DNA of 32,000 nucleotides, taken from assembly GCF_003367075.2 (NCBI RefSeq), contig NZ_CP065936.1, forward strand, positions 2,940,001 through 2,972,000, written 5' to 3'. Of this stretch, positions 1 to 7,407 are shown one piece after another. The stretch is from Cylindrospermopsis raciborskii Cr2010. GTDB lineage: Bacteria > Cyanobacteriota > Cyanobacteriia > Cyanobacteriales > Nostocaceae. The first letter of the stretch is position 1. Each line of letters starts with the position of its first letter. Below the pieces are notes generated by a model, which worked only from the letters and a program-made list of their open reading frames with translations, searched no databases and had not been told where the DNA came from. The position numbers were made by a program, and so were the translations under genes.

Positions 1-1
1 T

Positions 2-493
2 TTAATAGTGGAATTATTATCACCAGGTACAGAAGGGGAAGATTTAGGAAAAACATTAAGAAGTGCCAATAAACCCCCAACAAAATGGCAAACTTATGAG
101 CAGTATTTGCGCTCACCTTACTATATCATTTTCGACAGATATGAAAATCAACTGCGAGTATTCCAACTATTGGGAATAAAATATCAAGCGGTGGAACTGA
201 CAGAGTCAAAATTCTGGTTTCCTGAGCTAAAATTGGGGGTAGGAGTTTGGTCAGGAAAATATCAAGGTATAGAAGGTTTATGGCTACGTTGGTATAATGA
301 AGATGGTGATTGGATAGCTACTTTAGCTGAAACAGCAGAACAGGAAAAACTACGAGCAGAACAGGAGAAACTACGAGCAGAACAGGAAAAACTACGAGCA
401 GAACAGGAAAAGCAACGAGCAGAACAGGAAAAACTACGGGCGGACAAATTAGCTGAAAAATTGGCAGCTCTGGGTGTAAGTTTGGATGAATAA
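2..493 (+). CDS. Uma2 family (DUF820) endonuclease, 5'-partial (runs off window start)
   Basis: Frame is open from nt 2. Motifs LIVELLSPGTEGEDLGK..PPTKW..YYIIFD..LWLRWY fit the cyanobacterial Uma2/DUF820 restriction-endonuclease-like family. Paralog of 845-1624. Nt 1-184 recur at 2760-2944. Confidence 0.75.
   Translation, partial: LIVELLSPGTEGEDLGKTLRSANKPPTKWQTYEQYLRSPYYIIFDRYENQLRVFQLLGIKYQAVELTESKFWFPELKLGVGVWSGKYQGIEGLWLRWYNEDGDWIATLAETAEQEKLRAEQEKLRAEQEKLRAEQEKQRAEQEKLRADKLAEKLAALGVSLDE
335..439 (+). repeat. 21-nt in-frame tandem repeat x5 (AEQEKLR heptads) in Uma2 C-terminus
   Basis: gcagaacaggaaaaactacga repeated five times with single-base variants. Confidence 0.9.
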
Positions 494-635
494 AATCCGC
501 CACCACAAAAGCTGGAGGGAAAACCCTTCATGAAGTCGGGTTCGTTTTCAGTCGCAGCAAGCGTAACTTCATTTAACCGCATTGAGAATAAGCTAAGATA
601 GACCAGTATGGTTTATCTTAACCCAGCCCACAAAT

Positions 636-726
636 CATCTACGACAGAACAAGTCGCTTGAAAACCGAATTAGGCTTTGAGACAGGGAATTGATTCCTTG
701 TCTCCCCCAGGGACAGTCTCCAGGTG
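636..726 (+). repeat. H-element (multi-hairpin intergenic repeat), diverged copy
   Basis: Aligns with copies at 3419, 8401, 14281 and 17011. Hairpin gagacagggaattgattccttgtctc (679-704) keeps pairing via a C:G to A:T compensatory change relative to gagaccgggaattgattcccggtctc. Confidence 0.6.
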
Positions 727-844
727 TGGGAAGACAGGTTGAGTATTTATTGATCGGCGGTTATGCTTTAAGATACTATGGTTAAAGAGACAAGTATATA
801 ATTCAATCTTGGGAACAGCGATTAAATACAGGAGATGTTTAATA

Positions 845-1624
845 ATGTATCAAAGTGATGTGTATAGCAAACCCAGCTATGAGCCATTACCTCCTCAAGA
901 AACATTACCAACAATGTATGACCTACCTAGCGAATATCCGGAGGAACCAGGCTTGCCAGACGAATTTCACCTTTTACAACCAGAATTATTGCGTAGCACC
1001 TTTTGTCCACCTTCTTATCCAAAAGATAATGTATTCATAGGTAGTGACTTAAATTTATACTATGACAGTAAGCATACACAATGGTATAAACGCCCTGATT
1101 GGTTTGCAGTTTTAGGTGTATCCCGTTTTTATGAACAAACAGAACTAAGATTAAGTTATGTTACTTGGTGTGAAGGAACATATCCATTTGTTGTGGTAGA
1201 ACTAATATCACCAGGAACGGAAAAGGAAGACCTAGGTAAAAATTTACGAGAAGTTAATCAACCCCCTAATAAATGGACAGTATATGAGCAAATTCTAAGA
1301 ATCCCCTATTATTTTGTCTATAACCGTTATACCAACGAATTTCACTGTTTTGGTTTAGTAATGAACCGTTATCAACCGCTATCTATTAATGGATTAGGAA
1401 TATGGCTAGAAGAAGCTGAATTGGGTTTAGGATTATGGGTTGGAGAATATCAAGGACTAACCAGACAATGGTTGCGTTGGTATGATAAAGATAATAATTG
1501 GTTGCCTACTCCAGAAGAAAGAGCAACCCAACTGGCAAAACAAGAAAAACAGCGGGCAGATTTAGCGGAAGCAGAATTAGCTAAACTAAGACAATTAATA
1601 GCAGAACAAGGAATTAATTTGTAA
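845..1624 (+). CDS. Uma2 family (DUF820) endonuclease, full length
   Basis: ATG 845 has GGAG at 831-834. N-terminal LPTMYDLPSEYPEEPGLPDEFH signature and VVELISPGTEKEDLG core. The TTG at 809 in the ORF track is a less likely start. Confidence 0.85.
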   Translation: MYQSDVYSKPSYEPLPPQETLPTMYDLPSEYPEEPGLPDEFHLLQPELLRSTFCPPSYPKDNVFIGSDLNLYYDSKHTQWYKRPDWFAVLGVSRFYEQTELRLSYVTWCEGTYPFVVVELISPGTEKEDLGKNLREVNQPPNKWTVYEQILRIPYYFVYNRYTNEFHCFGLVMNRYQPLSINGLGIWLEEAELGLGLWVGEYQGLTRQWLRWYDKDNNWLPTPEERATQLAKQEKQRADLAEAELAKLRQLIAEQGINL

Positions 1625-1680
1625 GTACAAAGTACAGATGGTGGGTTTTCTCAACCCCTCCTATTTTTGAGGTATACACA

Positions 1681-1758
1681 ATGCGAATTGTCGATTATGA
1701 GGCGGACTTTTATGCTTGGGCTAACCAGCAGGCAGAACTTCTGCGACAACAGCGGTAA
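1681..1758 (+). pseudogene. DUF29 gene fragment (first 25 codons only)
   Basis: MRIVDYEADFYAWANQQAELLRQQR* parallels the start of the DUF29 ORF at 13053, including the upstream tttttgaggtatacac. The match ends abruptly at a junction. Confidence 0.7.
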
Positions 1759-1763
1759 TTCCT

Positions 1764-1838
1764 TCTTCCTTGCTACCGTTTGTCCCAATTTTGAAGGGGG
1801 GTAATAGTGAGGTAAATCTGCGTCAGGCTCTACTCAAT
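1764..1838 (+). pseudogene. Rpn-type gene B internal fragment (75 bp)
   Basis: Matches B segment 4312-4386 (SSLLPFVPILKGGNSEVNLRQALLN). Flanked by unrelated sequence on both sides. Confidence 0.85.
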
Positions 1839-1962
1839 ATGATCTCGGTTCATACCAACCAGACTCACCCACAGCTACGAGAGTCGAGTGGCAGGGTTTT
1901 TCTGTCTCAATTTTAACCTATAACCAATAATCACCCACGACAAAACCAGTCGGGTTTAACCC
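1839..1962 (+). repeat. X-module 3' portion running into an H2-type hairpin
   Basis: atgatctcggttcataccaaccagactcacccacagctacgagagtcgagtgg...caattttaacctataaccaataatcaccc aligns with 16150-16286 and 20495-20632. Confidence 0.75.
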
Positions 1963-2372
1963 ACTTGAGCTTTGCGATCTTCTGTATGGAGTGCTTAGCA
2001 ATCGCATTTATACATATACAGTTGGTTTGTTGGGTTTCGTGCCTCAACCCAACCTACGACTATTCACGACAAAACCACTCGGTTTCAACCGACTTGAGCT
2101 TTGCGATCTCCTGTATGGAGTGCTTAGCAATCGCATTTATACATATACAGTTGGTTTGTTGGGTTTCGTGCCTCAACCCAACCTACGACTATTCACGACA
2201 AAACCACTCGGTTTCAACCGACTTGAGCTTTGCGATCTCCTGTATGGAGTGCTTAGCAATCGCATTTATACATATACAGTTGGTTTGTTGGGTTTCGTGC
2301 CTCAACCCAACCTACGATTATTCACGACAAAACCAGTCGGTTGAAACCGACTTGAGCTTTGCGATCTCCTGT
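1963..2372 (+). repeat. 129-bp tandem repeat, 3 full units plus a 23-bp partial unit
   Basis: Unit starts at 1963, 2092, 2221 and 2350. The unit is built from H-element hairpins H1/H2 plus a DR-like segment (ctcctgtatggagtgcttagcaatcgc). Confidence 0.9.
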
Positions 2373-2716
2373 TATGAGTCCGAAATTATGGGTTGTAGGG
2401 CCTATCAGGACTATCGGGTGATTAATTTGTGGGAGATTGAGGGGGAGACGGTGTTTGAGCAAAATCTGTCTTCCTTGCTAGAGACTATACTAGCAAATAA
2501 GTTCCCAGATTTGACGAAGGAGATGATTATGCAGTTGCTGGATTTGAAACAAACGGATATTACCCAGTCTCGTTTTTATCAAGAGATTCGAACGGAGTGT
2601 CTTGAGGAAGGTCTCCAGGAAGGTCGTCAGGAACAGGCGATCGCCATGGTGATTCGCCAACTAACTCGGCGACTGGGGGAGTTGTCGGAGCGACGGGTGG
2701 GACAGATCCGGAAGAT
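2373..2716 (+). pseudogene. Chimeric Rpn-family remnant: B internal fragment (to 2480) fused to the C-terminal region of another Rpn/DUF4351 paralog
   Basis: 2373-2480 matches B (YESEIMGCRAYQDYRVINLWEIE..FEQNLSSLL). 2481-2712 encodes KFPDLTKEMIMQLLDLKQTDITQSRFYQEI..EGLQEGRQE..MVIRQLTRRLGEL, a DUF4351-type tail cut short. Confidence 0.7.
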
Positions 2717-2944
2717 ATGCGGTTGAGTTACGTAATTTGGCAAGAAGGATTCGCTCCATTTTTAATAGTGGAATTATTATCACCAGGTACAGAAGGGGAA
2801 GATTTAGGAAAAACATTAAGAAGTGCCAATAAACCCCCAACAAAATGGCAAACTTATGAGCAGTATTTGCGCTCACCTTACTATATCATTTTCGACAGAT
2901 ATGAAAATCAACTGCGAGTATTCCAACTATTGGGAATAAAATAT
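2717..2944 (+). pseudogene. Uma2 endonuclease internal fragment
   Basis: 2760-2944 duplicates window nt 1-184. It ends at a junction with the DUF4160 tail (microhomology atat/tat). Confidence 0.8.
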
Positions 2945-2996
2945 ACTGAATAATCAAGTAGAATTACTGGAGAAATGGCATGAACTCTCAGATTAA
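2942..2996 (+). pseudogene. DUF4160 gene 3' remnant
   Basis: tatactgaataatcaagtagaattactggagaaatggcatgaactctcagattaa matches the end of the intact gene 13379-13606. Confidence 0.8.
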
Positions 2997-3264
2997 AACT
3001 CCCTGGCTAAAAGCGATAAAGGTAGTTCCTTTGGATGGTTTTCGTTTGCAGGTCATCTTTGAAAATGGGCAAGAGATGAGGCTTTCCCTGGAAAAATTAA
3101 TTCAAACCCGAGAGCGTTACTGGCGTCTAAAGAGTCCTCGTTATTTTCGTCAGGCTCAGATAGATACACTAGGGGGGATTTGCTGGCCTGAAGGGGAAGA
3201 TTTGGCACCGGATGGATTGGAACGGTATCTGATAATAGATACAACAAACTCACATATACCATAA
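2980..3264 (+). CDS. DUF2442 domain protein (copy 1, partner gene truncated)
   Basis: The 94-aa ORF is identical in translation to 13590-13874. The KAIKVVPLDGFRLQVIFENGQEMRLSLEKL pattern is typical of DUF2442. Confidence 0.75.
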   Translation: MNSQIKTPWLKAIKVVPLDGFRLQVIFENGQEMRLSLEKLIQTRERYWRLKSPRYFRQAQIDTLGGICWPEGEDLAPDGLERYLIIDTTNSHIP

Positions 3265-3285
3265 TTTAGCCAGTAACACTTCTAT

Positions 3286-3321
3286 CTCAATGACGATAAA
3301 TTTAGACCTCGGGGGTGGTAG
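3286..3321 (+). pseudogene. Relic of the DUF3782-family gene 3' end (ILNDDKFRPRGW*)
   Basis: Same sequence as the end of 15034-15867. Recurs at 7692-7727 and 13896-13931, always just downstream of DUF2442 copies. Confidence 0.7.
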
Positions 3322-3418
3322 TTAACAGCAGTGTGTGCAAAACAGACTGGCGATCGCCCATAGGGAGTGCTTCCCAATCGCCCTTTTAATTTGAAACAAA
3401 TTCACATACACCATAATT

Positions 3419-3543
3419 ACCCACGACAAAACCAGTCGGTTTTCAACCGACTTGAGCTTTGAGACCGGGAATTGATTCCCGGTCTCCCCCACGGACAGTC
3501 TCCAGGCGCAGGTTAATTCAAACAATCACGGGTAATTCCTTGG
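3419..3543 (+). repeat. H-element copy (H2+H3 hairpins and tail, lacks H1)
   Basis: acccacgacaaaaccagtcggttttcaaccgacttgagctttgagaccgggaattgattcccggtctcccccacggacagtctccagg...cacgggtaattccttgg. Confidence 0.75.
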
Positions 3544-3556
3544 CGAGATCCTGTGA

Positions 3557-3642
3557 GGAGTGCTTCCTAATCGCCCTTTTAATTTGAAACAAATGTTGGG
3601 TGGTGTAGAAACCAGCTCACCCTATGTGTAATAAGCCATCAG
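3557..3642 (+). repeat. DR (terminator-like) + Y hairpin module, variant a
   Basis: ggagtgcttcctaatcgcccttttaatttgaaacaaatgttgggtggtgtagaaaccagctcaccctatgtgtaataagccatcagc. The closest relative is at 17216-17300. Confidence 0.7.
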
Positions 3643-3666
3643 CCTTTTTGCCCAGTCCAGGTTATA

Positions 3667-3870
3667 ATGTGGGTGCGGAGTTACCTAACGGATTTGAGGG
3701 AAAGGCAAAACCTAAGTCCTAATGTAACCTTGTTACAGTTGTTAGGAACGAATGAAGAGGAGATAGGTAAGGAACTGTTGCAAAATGCAGAAGTTGAATC
3801 TTTACTGGATTTTAGACAGGTTTCTGATTTAGAAGCATGGTTAAAAGACGCAGAAAAATCCATTGTGTGA
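3667..3870 (+). other. Leader region with 67-aa relic ORF; last 29 codons derive from the 3' end of gene A
   Basis: Ends ESLLDFRQVSDLEAWLKDAEKSIV* followed by ttgtttATG, exactly as at the A/B junction 18306-18388. Its ATG overlaps the TATAAT box, so it is probably not translated from that codon. Confidence 0.5.
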
Positions 3871-3876
3871 TTGTTT

Positions 3877-4875
3877 ATGGTAAAAAAATCAGATATTGGC
3901 GGTAAACGTTTAATTGGACTTAGTCCACAAGCTTGGGGGCGTTGGGTCACGGGGGATAAAACGATCAAAGTTCAGGAAATTATTAACAGTGAACTTCAAT
4001 GGATCGAGCGGGAAAGTGATGTTTTGCTCAAGGCCCATAGTCCTGAGTGTGGCGATTTTATTCTACTGAATGAGCTACAACTGCGCCATGATGCTAAGAT
4101 GCCCCGAAGAATGCGAGCTTATGCTGCTCTAGTAGAGGAAAAGTATGGGCTACTAGTCTATCCAGTGGTCGTCAATATTCTTCAACCTGGGCCGACGGAG
4201 ATAATTCGCAACCGTTATGAGTCCGAAATTATGGGTTGTAGGGCCTATCAGGACTATCGGGTGATTAATTTGTGGGAGATTGAGGCGGAGACGGTGTTTG
4301 AGCAAAATCTGTCTTCCTTGCTACCGTTTGTCCCAATTTTGAAGGGGGGTAATAGTGAGGTAAATCTGCGTCAGGCTCTACTCAATCTTCGCAAGAATCA
4401 AGTGTTGGGGGATTTGGAGCCGTTGTTGTCTTTTTTTGCTAGCTTTGTATTTGATATCCCTTTAGTACAACAAATGATGAGGTGGGACATGACGGTATTA
4501 CGTGAATCGCCCTGGTACAACGAAATTCTTAAGGAAGGTCTTCAGGAAGGTCTTCAGAAAGGTCTTCAGGAAGGAAGACAAGAAGGTCTTCAGGAAGGAA
4601 GACAAGAAGGAAGACAAGAAGGAAGACAAGAAGGAAGACAAGAAGGACAGCGAAAGATAATATTACTGTTGCTGAATCACAAGTTTGATGGAATCGAGTC
4701 ACCTGTGGTGGAAAGGATAAACAGACTATCACTAGAGCAATTAGAAGCAATGGGTGAATCTTTACTGGATTTTAGACAGATTTCTGATTTAGAAGCGTGG
4801 TTAAAAGACGCAGAAAAATCCAATGATCTAAAACCACAAGTTGATATCCAAAATGGCAATCAACTGGATGTGTAA
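3877..4875 (+). CDS. Rpn-type PD-(D/E)XK nuclease / putative transposase with DUF4351 tail, copy B1 (9 VNTR units)
   Basis: ESDVLLKA...FILLNELQLRHDAKMPRRMRAYAAL..YGLLVYPVVVNI matches the D...ExQ..R..Y core of the YhgA/Rpn family. The C-terminal RINRLSLEQLEAMGESLLDF..DLEAWL is DUF4351-like. ATG 3877 is preferred over TTG 3871. Confidence 0.75.
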   Translation: MVKKSDIGGKRLIGLSPQAWGRWVTGDKTIKVQEIINSELQWIERESDVLLKAHSPECGDFILLNELQLRHDAKMPRRMRAYAALVEEKYGLLVYPVVVNILQPGPTEIIRNRYESEIMGCRAYQDYRVINLWEIEAETVFEQNLSSLLPFVPILKGGNSEVNLRQALLNLRKNQVLGDLEPLLSFFASFVFDIPLVQQMMRWDMTVLRESPWYNEILKEGLQEGLQKGLQEGRQEGLQEGRQEGRQEGRQEGRQEGQRKIILLLLNHKFDGIESPVVERINRLSLEQLEAMGESLLDFRQISDLEAWLKDAEKSNDLKPQVDIQNGNQLDV

Positions 4876-4897
4876 TCGGTTACAGTGTCTACAACGA

Positions 4898-4916
4898 GCG
4901 ATTGCGAAGCAATCGC
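4898..4916 (+). terminator. Perfect 8-bp stem hairpin gcgattgc-gaa-gcaatcgc after the B stop (HIP1-like half sites)
   Basis: Seen directly. Also at 6140-6158 and 19395-19413. Loop-flipped version (ttc) at 7430-7448 and 9740-9758. This variant has no clear U-tract. Confidence 0.35.
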
Positions 4917-4928
4917 CCGTGGCAAGGT

Positions 4929-4958
4929 TTGTTGATTTTGCCCAGTCCAGGTTATAAT
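4929..4958 (+). promoter_or_regulatory. Sigma70-like promoter of unit 2: TTGTTG - 18 nt - TATAAT
   Basis: Consensus -10 at 4953-4958. Alternative -35 TTGATT at 4932-4937 with 15-nt spacing. Identical site at 6171-6200. Confidence 0.5.
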
Positions 4959-5160
4959 GTGGGTGCGGAGTTACCTAACGGATTTGAGGGAAAGGCAAAA
5001 CCTAAGTCCTAATGTAACCTTGTTACAGTTGTTAGGAACGAATGAAGAGGAGATAGGTAAGGAACTGTTGCAAAATGCAGAAGCTGAATCTTTACTGGAT
5101 TTTAGAAAGATTTCTGATTTAGAAGCATGGTTAAAAGACGCAGAAAAATCCATTGTGTGA
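4957..5160 (+). other. Leader/relic ORF of unit 2
   Basis: Same as 3667-3870 but with three amino-acid differences (A, K, I), matching the gene A tail more closely (FRKISDLEAW). Confidence 0.5.
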
Positions 5161-5166
5161 TTATTT

Positions 5167-6117
5167 ATGGTAAAAAAATCAGATATTGGCGGTAAACGTT
5201 TAATTGGACTTAGTCCACAAGCTTGGGGGCGTTGGGTCACGGGGGATAAAACGATCAAAGTTCAGGAAATTATTAACAGTGAACTTCAATGGATCGAGCG
5301 GGAAAGTGATGTTTTGCTCAAGGCCCATAGTCCTGAGTGTGGCGATTTTATTCTACTGAATGAGCTACAACTGCGCCATGATGCTAAGATGCCCCGAAGA
5401 ATGCGAGCTTATGCTGCTCTAGTAGAGGAAAAGTATGGGCTACTAGTCTATCCAGTGGTCGTCAATATTCTTCAACCTGGGCCGACGGAGATAATTCGCA
5501 ACCGTTATGAGTCCGAAATTATGGGTTGTAGGGCCTATCAGGACTATCGGGTGATTAATTTGTGGGAGATTGAGGCGGAGACGGTGTTTGAGCAAAATCT
5601 GTCTTCCTTGCTACCGTTTGTCCCAATTTTGAAGGGGGGTAATAGTGAGGTAAATCTGCGTCAGGCTCTACTCAATCTTCGCAAGAATCAAGTGTTGGGG
5701 GATTTGGAGCCGTTGTTGTCTTTTTTTGCTAGCTTTGTATTTGATATCCCTTTAGTACAACAAATGATGAGGTGGGACATGACGGTATTACGTGAATCGC
5801 CCTGGTACAACGAAATTCTTAAGGAAGGTCTTCAGAAAGGTCTTCAGGAAGGCGAACTTCGAGGAGAACAACGTGGAAGACAAGAAGGACAGCGAAAGAT
5901 AATATTACTGTTGCTGAATCACAAGTTTGATGGAATCGAGTCACCTGTGGTGGAAAGGATAAACAGACTATCACTAGAGCAATTAGAAGCAATGGGTGAA
6001 TCTTTACTGGATTTTAGACAGATTTCTGATTTAGAAGCGTGGTTAAAAGACGCAGAAAAATCCAATGATCTAAAACCACAAGTTGATATCCAAAATGGCA
6101 ATCAACTGGATGTGTAA
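5167..6117 (+). CDS. Rpn-type nuclease with DUF4351 tail, copy B2 (5 VNTR units)
   Basis: Translation is identical to B1 outside the linker repeat. Confidence 0.75.
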   Translation: MVKKSDIGGKRLIGLSPQAWGRWVTGDKTIKVQEIINSELQWIERESDVLLKAHSPECGDFILLNELQLRHDAKMPRRMRAYAALVEEKYGLLVYPVVVNILQPGPTEIIRNRYESEIMGCRAYQDYRVINLWEIEAETVFEQNLSSLLPFVPILKGGNSEVNLRQALLNLRKNQVLGDLEPLLSFFASFVFDIPLVQQMMRWDMTVLRESPWYNEILKEGLQKGLQEGELRGEQRGRQEGQRKIILLLLNHKFDGIESPVVERINRLSLEQLEAMGESLLDFRQISDLEAWLKDAEKSNDLKPQVDIQNGNQLDV

Positions 6118-6170
6118 TCGGTTACAGTGTCTACAACGAGCGATTGCGAAGCAATCGCCCGTGGCAAGGT

Positions 6171-6200
6171 TTGTTGATTTTGCCCAGTCCAGGTTATAAT
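6171..6200 (+). promoter_or_regulatory. Sigma70-like promoter of unit 3: TTGTTG - 18 nt - TATAAT
   Basis: Identical to 4929-4958. Confidence 0.5.
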
Positions 6201-6402
6201 GTGGGTGCGGAGTTACCTAACGGATTTGAGGGAAAGGCAAAACCTAAGTCCTAATGTAACCTTGTTACAGTTGTTAGGAACGAATGAAGAGGAGATAGGT
6301 AAGGAACTGTTGCAAAATGCAGAAGTTGAATCTTTACTGGATTTTAGACAGGTTTCTGATTTAGAAGCATGGTTAAAAGACGCAGAAAAATCCATTGTGT
6401 GA
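6199..6402 (+). other. Leader/relic ORF of unit 3
   Basis: Identical in translation to 3667-3870. Confidence 0.5.
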
Positions 6403-6408
6403 TTGTTT

Positions 6409-7407
6409 ATGGTAAAAAAATCAGATATTGGCGGTAAACGTTTAATTGGACTTAGTCCACAAGCTTGGGGGCGTTGGGTCACGGGGGATAAAACGATCAA
6501 AGTTCAGGAAATTATTAACAGTGAACTTCAATGGATCGAGCGGGAAAGTGATGTTTTGCTCAAGGCCCATAGTCCTGAGTGTGGCGATTTTATTCTACTG
6601 AATGAGCTACAACTGCGCCATGATGCTAAGATGCCCCGAAGAATGCGAGCTTATGCTGCTCTAGTAGAGGAAAAGTATGGGCTACTAGTCTATCCAGTGG
6701 TCGTCAATATTCTTCAACCTGGGCCGACGGAGATAATTCGCAACCGTTATGAGTCCGAAATTATGGGTTGTAGGGCCTATCAGGACTATCGGGTGATTAA
6801 TTTGTGGGAGATTGAGGCGGAGACGGTGTTTGAGCAAAATCTGTCTTCCTTGCTACCGTTTGTCCCAATTTTGAAGGGGGGTAATAGTGAGGTAAATCTG
6901 CGTCAGGCTCTACTCAATCTTCGCAAGAATCAAGTGTTGGGGGATTTGGAGCCGTTGTTGTCTTTTTTTGCTAGCTTTGTATTTGATATCCCTTTAGTAC
7001 AACAAATGATGAGGTGGGACATGACGGTATTACGTGAATCGCCCTGGTACAACGAAATTCTTAAGGAAGGTCTTCAGGAAGGTCTTCAGGAAGGTCTTCA
7101 GAAAGGTCGTCAGGAAGGTCTTCAGGAAGGCGAACTTCGAGGAGAACAACGTGGAAGACAAGAAGGAAGACAAGAAGGACAGCGAAAGATAATATTACTG
7201 TTGCTGAATCACAAGTTTGATGGAATCGAGTCACCTGTGGTGGAAAGGATAAACAGACTATCACTAGAGCAATTAGAAGCAATGGGTGAATCTTTACTGG
7301 ATTTTAGACAGATTTCTGATTTAGAAGCGTGGTTAAAAGACGCAGAAAAATCCAATGATCTAAAACCACAAGTTGATATCCAAAATGGCAATCAACTGGA
7401 TGTGTAA
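6409..7407 (+). CDS. Rpn-type nuclease with DUF4351 tail, copy B3 (9 VNTR units, different unit order from B1)
   Basis: Translation is identical to B1/B2 outside the linker. Confidence 0.75.
   Translation: MVKKSDIGGKRLIGLSPQAWGRWVTGDKTIKVQEIINSELQWIERESDVLLKAHSPECGDFILLNELQLRHDAKMPRRMRAYAALVEEKYGLLVYPVVVNILQPGPTEIIRNRYESEIMGCRAYQDYRVINLWEIEAETVFEQNLSSLLPFVPILKGGNSEVNLRQALLNLRKNQVLGDLEPLLSFFASFVFDIPLVQQMMRWDMTVLRESPWYNEILKEGLQEGLQEGLQKGRQEGLQEGELRGEQRGRQEGRQEGQRKIILLLLNHKFDGIESPVVERINRLSLEQLEAMGESLLDFRQISDLEAWLKDAEKSNDLKPQVDIQNGNQLDV

Noticed and set aside
1965-2726. 253-aa ORF (and the nested 117-aa ORF 1991-2344) spanning the 129-bp array
   Set aside because: It reads through non-coding tandem repeats and then through B and DUF4351 fragments. 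The repeated 43-aa segment is Cys/Trp-rich nonsense with no start context. It is an artefact of repeat periodicity divisible by 3.
3369-3597. DR motif (..caatcgcccttttaatttgaaac..) considered as a CRISPR repeat
   Set aside because: Spacing between copies is irregular (from 186 bp to many kb). The copies are embedded in other repeats, the intervening sequences are not unique spacers, and no cas genes are present.
3667-3870. 67-aa ORFs upstream of each tandem B copy as genuine genes
   Set aside because: The ATG overlaps the consensus TATAAT box, so it likely lies upstream of the TSS. Only the last 29 aa have any homology (the relic of the gene A tail), and there is no alternative in-frame start. 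They are kept as leader/relic features only.
4529-4750. Antisense and alternative-frame ORFs over the VNTR and tail regions (e.g. 4529-4750, 7061-7282, 9395-9592, 12474-12656, 12501-12746, 18093-18299, 19038-19247, and the 60-aa and 95-aa minus-strand ORFs)
   Set aside because: The low-complexity 12-nt repeats keep several frames open. The products are L/V/F- or K-rich repeats, and each lies fully inside a well-supported + strand gene.
3646-4935. B unit as a conventional insertion sequence
   Set aside because: No terminal inverted repeats, no flanking target duplications, and the units abut each other exactly head to tail. The pattern fits amplification rather than transposition. Mobility of the family is not excluded.
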